Positions 55,591 to 64,000 of a stretch of 64,000 nt of DNA are shown one piece after another (the stretch's first letter is position 1; each line of letters begins with the position of its first letter). Both the position numbers and the translations under genes were made by a program. The notes below the pieces were generated by a model, which ran no database searches, had not been told where the DNA came from, and saw nothing but the letters and a program-made list of their open reading frames with translations. This DNA is from Eledone cirrhosa (Eukaryota), in contig OZ024740.1 in NCBI GenBank assembly GCA_964016885.1, positions 136,276,001 to 136,340,000 of the forward strand. Direction: 5' to 3'.

Positions 55591-55939
55591 GCCGTCACGT
55601 CACGCCGCACGTATTAATTATGCTGTGTCAGACCATCACTACTTTTCGTGTGCGCCTTCTGCCAAGTCACAGTAGGATTCATAAGTATTATAGAACTCCA
55701 TATAATAGTGCTATTGTGAATATTCAATTGAAGCAGAGTGCTATCCGATTTGGAGCAATGATATCTTCGAATGTCACCGAGTATTCAAGATACAGAGTTA
55801 AATATGTAATGTTAAAAAAATAAAATAAAAAAATAAGAAAAACAAAATGAGGTCATAATTAATCCATTTTATGATCATTTCAGTGAGAAAATATCAACGT
55901 GAAGGCTAACCGATGGTGATTATGTAACGCCATATCATC

Positions 55940-56430
55940 AATCTTGAAAATACACATCTCTGCTAGCCTCATTCGAGATCAGCAATCTTTTCTCGCTGAA
56001 ACGATCATAAAACTTCTTCGCCCACCTATTCCTGAAAGGGTCGTGGGGGAAAGTCCTCAAATACTCTTTCCAGGTGGTCCTGTCAGAAGCAACAGTCTCC
56101 AAATGATCCGGCTGGATGACCAAGCGAGACCAGGTGTTATCCAATCTTGCTCGGGGGTCTAACCCTGGGTCTCCGGTCGGTTGGTTTTGTACGTAAATTC
56201 CAGCCAATGATTCTTTCCTTAGATATTCTGACCACATATCAATAGTGTCAGAGTTGTGATGTCTCAATTCGGACAAGTAGCAGCTCTACCTGGAGTGACT
56301 CTCTGATCTCTATCGGGTAACGTTACTCTAAAGATTCTTTGGATGAAACCCATTTCGGCCGCTTGTATTAGCCATCGTATTCTTTCGGTTATTCCCGAAG
56401 ATTCACGACCAGAAGTAGGAGTTATACATA
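55940..56430 (-). mobile_element. Decayed RTE LINE 3' fragment
   Basis: IQAAEMGF..R; IETSQL..; WSRL.I..LETVASDRTTW. Confidence 0.55.
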
Positions 56431-58009
56431 ATTAAAGATAGTGAGTTTGGATTTTACACTTACTTTCCTCTGATGACTGAATGCTGAAGCTGGTGTATTA
56501 CTTTGTTTTTATGCAAATGGCATTCCAACTTTTAAATGTGTCAGTATTCAATTGAAGTACTCGATACTAAAAGGATAATTATGCAAATTATGTCCCTGCT
56601 ACATAGTGAATAAGTATGCAAATAAGGTCCCAATAATTCCGTCACTATGTATATTCCGGTTTCTAAAAGATAAAGTATGCAAATCTGGTTCCTGTTTCTC
56701 CGAATGTTAATAATCCGATAGTTATTACAGAAACAGTACAGCAAGTAGTCTAACAGGCTTAAGCTTAAAGTTGGGGAACTGTTTCACTAAGCAAAATAAA
56801 AATATTGAATCGTTAAAAAAAAAAAAAAAAAATATATCAAACTCCTGTCATGATATCTGAGAAGCAATAAAGTATGTTCTTTTTAGAACAGTCCGATTCA
56901 ACTATCATATATTGAGTACTATATTTTGTAAGCAATTTCCTCTCATTCTTACGTTTACATTTAAATTGCCACAGCTCGGGTGCAGGGTCAAATAAATATT
57001 TGGGTTAGAATATCTAGTCAAATATTTCTTCGAATTATGTATTGGAATGAGGTGCACGTTACATGTATTTATAATCATATAATGAAGTGAACAGATTTTA
57101 AAGAATAACAATGGACGACAAAATGTGTAATTCAAGATTCTTTCGCTAAATTCCAATGACTTTCTTTCTCATAAATGTTGATTGGTTAACTGCTTGTGTA
57201 TGGTGGGCGAGAGACCAATGTACTTAAAATGCTGAGATGCAGTAGAATAGATAGAATATAACAATGAATTGCATGATTATAGAATGATAATATTGTGTTA
57301 GTGACGGAGTCTTTGACAATCAGAGGAATGATCCTTTGGTAGGGTGGTTGTTGTGTGTTGACATTTACAACTGCATATATATTTTGGGATAGGGTAATAT
57401 TGGTAATTAGCCGACTCTCTACGAAGCTCCCAATTAAAGTATTATCTACTCAATGAAACGCCCTAGATATAGCGGTCGTCATGAAAGATCATTCGATATC
57501 ATAAAGCTTAACATTTGTAGCGACTCAAGGCTTCAGCTATATGTTCCAAGCGTATAGTCGGTGAAGTGATTGCACCCTAGTGTTAACCGTGACGATTTCA
57601 TATTCTCGGTGGATTTAAAAGAATGAAGATTGTGTCAGATCGCTGCATCTTGTGGTGGCTCGATATGAAAGGAAACTTCAGAAGTGATGACAAATAAACC
57701 CAACCCTTTGAAGTCATCTTATAAAAGCCTGATATTTGATGCCAACTTATCTATGCTCGAATGCTACCTTTACTATGTGTTTCGTGCTGGTCAAGGTGTT
57801 AAATGTTGCTGGATTATATTGTTATTCAATTCAATGATAAAAGGTGTTACAACCCTGTTCCTCCTATCTTTCTTTGGACAGAGTATCTAAATCAACATTA
57901 TCCATCATCCATTTTTTAAGACAGCAATGAAATCTCACTAGCATCACACCCTATTTGTATTAGGCTGAATGACTACGTAGAGGGGGCCCACGCTGGTTCA
58001 TTTAATGCT

Positions 58010-58620
58010 GCCATTGATTTGAGGTCAATGTTATGGAGGTATGCGTTTAGTTTTGTTTAATGCAAGACAGTTGAAAACTGATGTCAAGAACAATGTCATT
58101 CTTTCCGAAGTTCAAGAGATATCCCACTTTTGTGACGTAAGAAAGTATCAGCATGATCTGGCTCTGCGGAACTACTGGTATTCACAGAAGAGAAAGGAAA
58201 TCAAGAAAAGAAAGATTGTTATTGTTTATGACCGTTTCTGTGACATGTAAATGAGGGAGGTTAGTCGGCAGTTTACAGGATCTGAGAAATTCATCATCTT
58301 AGCGATGGGACACTATCTTATGTTTATATACGTAGATTCCGTTGAAGATATGAGCTACATCGGAAGTACACCGTTTTAATGTAATGAAAGGACAAGTCTT
58401 TGCTTGAATGGAATAATTAGCTTTGATGTATTTGGCAATTGTGCATAAGCAGTAGCGAGACAAGCATGATGCAAAAGTAGAAAGAGGGGCTGAGTGCATG
58501 CATTGTCTCCAGTGAAAAATTGGTAAATTACGCAAAGTGAGCATCCCCTTGATAAGATAAAAGTAGAGAGAGAGAGAAAAAGAGAGATGATATGCAGAAG
58601 TAACCCTTGTTTCCTTGTGG
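58010..58620 (-). mobile_element. Highly decayed CR1-like LINE 3' remnant
   Basis: Patchy RRC..VAHIF..IY and RT..W..L..SVF similarity. Confidence 0.35.
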
Positions 58621-59162
58621 GCATTCTACAAACTTTCTGTAGTTAATGACCACATATAGAGTTGTGGTGAAGCACAACTGCAAATTACCGCTGTAGGTTT
58701 ATGGGCTTTGTTTATGAGTGAAATTTGAAAGGACATACCATGTAGATAGTATTATTCACCCGCTAAATTGTATTGGGGATTCGCTTATATAAAAATAAAG
58801 AATTATGAGGTGTCAAACTGTCTGGCGAGAATATATAAGAAAACAAACAAAAGAACAAGTTAAATTATTGCCATTTTATTTCATAAAACAATTTTTAATA
58901 ATTTTTAAATTTAAATAAGGATTTCAAATAGAGGTACATGACCACACATTTTTTCGGAGAAGTAGAAAATATTGTCGGTTAAATTTACTCCAGTATTTCA
59001 TTGGCTGTTACTTTATCAACTCTCAGAATATCAACCCTGAAAGTATATGAGAGTTAACCAAATACCGAAACGCATTTAGTTCGACGCCATTCCTGTCCTT
59101 ATAATGATAGTATTAAAAGAATTATAACAAGCCCGATATCAATGAAATGAACTTTCCAATGG

Positions 59163-59207
<45 letters not shown>

Positions 59208-59244
59208 CTTTGCTCTGACCCCACTAACTTTCTGAATGAAACAA

Positions 59245-60640
59245 CCATGGGGTATAGATACTATGGACAAATTATAAACCCTCTATATGAATGTCCTTAA
59301 GACCTTTACGAGAAATAACATCGATTTAGAAAACCTAGATATTGTTCATAGTTTCAGCCAAGATGTAAGGATGAATACGAGATTAGACAAATGCGCCAAA
59401 ACTGCTTTACTGCTTTAGAAATCGGCAAATTAATTTAGCACTGAGAATATTACACTAGAAAGACATTCGATAATATTTGCTCAGACGAGACAGCTAAAAT
59501 ATAATACATGAGGATGGAGAAAAAAATTAGGAAGATTTTGTTAAAAACTGAACTCATTTTATAAGTTAGTATAAATACGCTGGTCATACCAGATATAAAC
59601 TACTACTTCAATATAATAAACTGGAAGCAAAGTGGGTTTAAAAATTTAAACAAAACCCAGTAAACTATTGACAACTTACAGAAGCCACCATCCCAATACA
59701 GATATAGATAGAATATACCTAACCTGCACACAAGCAGTACGTGGTCTTATGGAAATAGAAAATGACTAAGACAATCAGTATAGAAAATTATTTAGAATCA
59801 AATAGAGGAAGGCTGATAAGTATAAATGAACGCGGAAACCTCAAAATACAAACTAGAAGCTAACTACACCAAAACATATTTAGACTAGAACAATAAAAGA
59901 GAAAATGTTAAAGAAACAAAAAATATTAACATGAAATTATACTGATGAAACGGAGAGAGAAGCCACTCCACGGTCAATACCCCGCAAGATTCAACAGAAG
60001 AGGTTAGAGTGAATGTCAGCAATGGCTCAAAAGTTCCGTACTAAAAGCAAAAAGGGGTGATTCTAACTGTACAAGACCAATGTTTGACCACAAATACTTT
60101 CAAAAATAATACAATACAAGCATATGCTAACGCCAAATGTACACCGTGCAACCAGTACAATTGACCACATCTCCAGCTGCATAGTTTCCGCCTAGTCTGA
60201 ATATATTCACAGACAGTCAAGTTGGCAGTTTTATCCACTTAGAAGTATGCCAGCAATTCGATGTGAAAAGATAAGAAATGGTACAAACGTAATAAATACG
60301 GTATATGAAAACGACTGTTACAATCATCTGTAATATGCCCATTCAAACTGATGAGTTAATTAAAACCGTCCAAATATACAAATCAAGGACTGGAACAACA
60401 AAAATAAATACACACTGATATACATCCCCCCTGACCAAGATATTTTCCGAAAAGAATCGGAAAAAACAGCCAAAATACAAGGATCTTGAAATTTAAGCAC
60501 TAACATAAGAACCAAGCTAAATACCATAAAACAAGACTGATACAGTACACTAGCAGGAGGAATATACTTATCCAACCCCAACAAAATTAAGAACATAACA
60601 CTGCACACATCCCAGAAACACGGATATGCACGTGGTGATG
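59245..60640 (+). mobile_element. Highly decayed RLE-type (R4/Dong-like) LINE
   Basis: FSQD.RM..LDKC, INTLVIP..YYFNIINW, HHP..DIDRIYL, PLHGQY, QWLK, QDQCLTT, PIQTD..NRP.I, KE.EK..K. Confidence 0.6.
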
Positions 60641-61217
60641 AAATAGAAATTCGCATGAAACTACTGAAGAAATAATTGTTTCTAACAGGCACAATGCCGG
60701 AAATTACATCGACTCCAGTATTTGACAAGTACTTTATTTAAACAACTGGTGATTTTAAACAGGGCTGAATATTCTATTCACTGGGAACCAGGACTACTCT
60801 ATGGCATCCACTATACGATTGCTAATAATAAGCTTTCAATTTCTATGAGAGGGTGCGGTATAGCCGACTAAAATAGACTGAGCATTTAACTGGTACCGCC
60901 CTCAAGGATGAAAGGGCAAATCAACTCCGGTGGTATATGAACTCAGCACATGTAGAAGAGTGACCAAATACCTATAGGCATGTTGTCCAACAATCTACGA
61001 ATTCGGCAAATCCACCGCCCGTAAATGACTAATGTATATATGCATGGAGCCTGAATTTTATAAGGGAAACGCAAGGTTGTGCACAATTTTAACGTTGAGA
61101 ATCTCAATATCAAATATATGGTAAATAATTCTATAGTATAAATTTTAAAAAAATGGACATGAAATGGCAAAAAATGTGCGTAAAGAGATGTTGAAAGAAA
61201 AACTAAAACTAGTGAGT

Positions 61218-61419
61218 TTATTTTCCCGAGAAATAAATTCTAAGGAAATCACTGTAAGAAATGTTGCCATCTTTGTTTTGGTCCATAGCTTCAATTTTTG
61301 TGTGAATATTTTCATTGTATATGCCCATTTCTTTCAAATCGTTTACAATATCTGTTTTCAGTGCTGTACCACTGTTGTCTTTATCGAACTTCTGGAACAT
61401 TCCACGAATAGTGTTGGTG
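61218..61419 (-). CDS. EF-hand calmodulin-like gene, last coding exon (EF3 and EF4)
   Basis: Acceptor tttgtcaacAG with matching phase 2; DKDNSGTALKTD and DQNKDGNISYSD; TAA stop. Confidence 0.9.
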
Positions 61420-61784
61420 CTGTTGACAAATACAATTTTAAATAAATGCATTTGAATAAATAAGATATTCATAGATATACATACAGATATATATATATAA
61501 TTTATGTTAGAGGAATAAATACTTTGGGAAATTAATAAAAAAATCAATGACAAATGGTTCGATAACCTGTAATAATCACTAACATTGTAACAATTTTATT
61601 TGATGTTAGACTTGTTTTTAAAATTAAGATAGTACGCAATTATAATATCAATCATGATCGAAATAAGGATCAGAAGAAAACCTTTGAAAAATCGCGTATG
61701 CAAACCCAGCATTTCTATGGAGCATTTATTGACCCAGATTATGTTTAAAATCCGGTAGCTAGTGACATTTGGTGTTTGACTCCG

Positions 61785-62045
61785 GGCTAGCCCTAGTCGC
61801 TGTTGGACTTATGATTGTAATATGGGTTCAATTCTTCAACCTGTGATATGTTCTGTTCTTGAACAAAATACTTCATTTCACGTTGCTCCAGTACACTCAG
61901 CTGAAAATGAGTACCAGCAGCAGCTGAGGTTAACACAGCGGTAGACTGATATACTGCCCATGGGGGAATTTTATTCACAGTCGACTAACGTTAATGAAAC
62001 CGGGTTAAACTCTGGCCTGATGAGCCTCCGAGCTTCGAACAGACT
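61785..62045 (+). mobile_element. Intronic tRNA-derived SINE (V/Meta-domain-like)
   Basis: ggttcaattc B-box remnant; cttcatttcacgttgctccagtacactcagctg...gaaaccggg...gatgagcc. Confidence 0.6.
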
Positions 62046-62474
62046 GTAACAGCCTTGATCTAAGGCATCTTAGTCATGAAAATCTAGTGTTACCAGACAG
62101 TTTATCTAGGGCTACATTATTCAATGCCCCACTTTTATTTTAGAAGGCAGGATATTATTTCAGTAAGATTTCTAACAAATAATGACAGGTTATTTTCATG
62201 AGAATGCAGCTGAGCTTGTATCATTTGCCAGATGAGTGTTCCTGATTTGGAAACTTGCGTAGTATATTTTTTTATAGCAATTCATTCATGAACATCTTGA
62301 GAAAACCTTTAAGGATATCTGCACCATCATTATTATACATATAAATGCAATTCCAAAGGCTTCCCAACGCTCATGACTCGTGCCACCTTATTTTTCATTA
62401 CAAGTTTTCTTTTACCCGTACATGCTATTAGGTATGCTTGGAAGTATTTCTAAAAGGAGAAGAAAATAACATAC

Positions 62475-62569
62475 TTTTCAATCAATCCAGAATGTATGTG
62501 CATGTAATTGATGAAGTCTTTTTCTCGAATTTTTGCATCATTATCGGGATCAATATCTAGCATAAGTTT
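62475..62569 (-). CDS. EF-hand calmodulin-like gene, middle exon (EF2); not in the ORF track
   Basis: tttcattgtAG|KLMLDIDPDNDAKIREKDFINYMHIHSGLIE-aa|GTatgt; 95 bp, phase 0 to phase 2. Confidence 0.9.
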
Positions 62570-62619
62570 CTACAATGAAAAATAATTATTTTTACATATA
62601 CAAGTATAAAAACTGGATG

Positions 62620-62825
62620 GCTATGGTCGATTTAATCCACCATAGTACTCAACTAGTACATTTTTCACCCCCGGAAGGATGAAAAACAAATTTGACCTCG
62701 AAAAACTTCTTGCACAGGCACAAAGCCTCAAATTTGGGGGATGGGAACTTTCAATTATAGCGACCCCAGTACATGACTAGCACATTATTTTATCAACCCG
62801 GTAAGGATGAAAAGTAAAGTTGATC
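62620..62825 (-). mobile_element. Two SINE fragments of the 1540-2160 family (further remnants at about 60690-61020)
   Basis: ccccggaaggatgaaaa..tgacct motif occurs twice. Confidence 0.55.
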
Positions 62826-63207
62826 TTTAAAAGAAACCCCCCCCCCCTCGTTGTTGGCCCCTGTTTGCAAACAAAGATAATACTTTGGAAATTAACTTTA
62901 ATAAATTCCTAGCTTTTTTTTAAGCTATCTTCCTTTATTTTTCTAACAATCGTCGCTAGGTTTTTGTATTATTTTTCCAATTAAAGGGAAAAGTTTTAAT
63001 TGTTTGCATGTCATTCAATACACCAGCCTTTAACTTGAATAGGCATTCAATATCTGTTATAGCTGTCTACATACGAATTTACTCCTGCTGTAGTTGCTAT
63101 CGAGTCCAATTTAATCCTCCCATTCATACAGTAAGGTGGAGAGGGACCAATACCATTAACCTTACTGTGTAAGGAACAATAGGAAAATATAAAAGATATT
63201 TTGTTAC

Positions 63208-63348
63208 CTCTAGAAGCAATCTGTTAGAACAACCAAGATATACCATAAGGTTTGAAAACTCAGTGGTCGATAAGTAACCACGATTGTTACTGTCCATAGA
63301 TCGAAATTCTGCCTGAAGATAAATATCAACTGGTGGAGGTTGAGCCAT
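63208..63348 (-). CDS. EF-hand calmodulin-like gene, first coding exon (EF1)
   Basis: ATG at 63348; DSNNRGYLSTTE; donor GAG|GTaaca; upstream acceptor tttcAG at 63410 implies a further upstream exon. Confidence 0.88.
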
Positions 63349-64000
63349 CTTTTTTGCTGCTGCTGCACAAACAAGGTGAGGTTTAGTCACAGGTGCCCTC
63401 CTTAACAACCTGAAAGTAGGAAAATTGTAAAGTATACGTTAAGATAGTGAGAATATTCAATTACGTCTAAAACTTCAATGATGCTGTTGGCCGATAAAAA
63501 TTATCAAATTTCACAAATTGTGTAGATTTGTGTATCCCCCAAAAAAGTGGATTCTAACGTTTCGGGCAAAAACTTTTGTTCGGAAGAAAAATTAAAAGTG
63601 CATTGGCTGGTTCGCAACAAAAATAAGCGAAGAAGAGAGAAAGTGATAACCAAGCAACGAGGATGGTAGTAAGTCATAAAACAGTGAGAGAAAATGTGGC
63701 AGGGGAGAATGAGAAGTTTAAACATTGTATTGAATTATTTAGGGGGAAATAAAAAAAATTGTATTGAAAATATGTTCCACCTTCCATTTCTTTAAGTCTA
63801 CTTAGCAGAACTTTTAGCAGTACTTTACTGGGATGGCTAATTAGATTGGTGGTTCTACAATTCTGACAGAGTCTTATGTTGCCTTTCTTGGGAATGGGTA
63901 TTATTAGTGATTAAACCTATTCCTTTAGTCACTGCATCATTTCTAATAACTTCTGGCGGGTAACACGAACACATTCATAAACACAATTGAAACATGTAAA

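Noticed and set aside
62016-62040. CTGATGAG motif
   Set aside because: Part of the SINE tail; no stem II-GAAA-stem III follows

Overview
AT-rich eukaryotic DNA, very probably a cephalopod (Octopus-like SINEs, a Ceph-domain RTE 5'UTR and very long (TA)n/(CATA)n arrays; the taxon is an inference). About 55 kb is a nested transposon graveyard: a Gypsy 3' end with LTR, SINEs, three Tx1/L1 copies, Naiad-type and other Penelope-like elements (PLEs), a complete hAT (15-bp TIRs, 8-bp TSD) inside a Helitron-like element with a 54/43-bp minisatellite, two CR1-group LINEs, a near-intact RTE LINE, and decayed RTE and R4-like LINEs. One host gene is supported: a 3-coding-exon, 145-aa, four-EF-hand calmodulin-like gene on the minus strand (63348-61218). 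The main discovery, absent from the ORF track, is more than 20 hammerhead-ribozyme (HHR) folds from over ten distinct sequence families, lying in the short unique islands between the (TA)n tracts. They are type I with mostly palindromic stem III, as expected for PLE/retrozyme HHRs. Several have non-canonical cores (UUGANAA = compensatory U3-A8; a four-copy family with U3-A8 plus GCAA for GAAA; CUGAGAA; CAGUUGA) or 40-100-nt structured stem-II insertions. Many sit in 300-670-bp non-coding cassettes with terminal direct repeats, or in 300-390-bp near-perfect palindromes. This suggests a (TA)n-targeted community of PLEs and non-autonomous retrozyme-like RNAs. All folds were derived by eye and none was tested.
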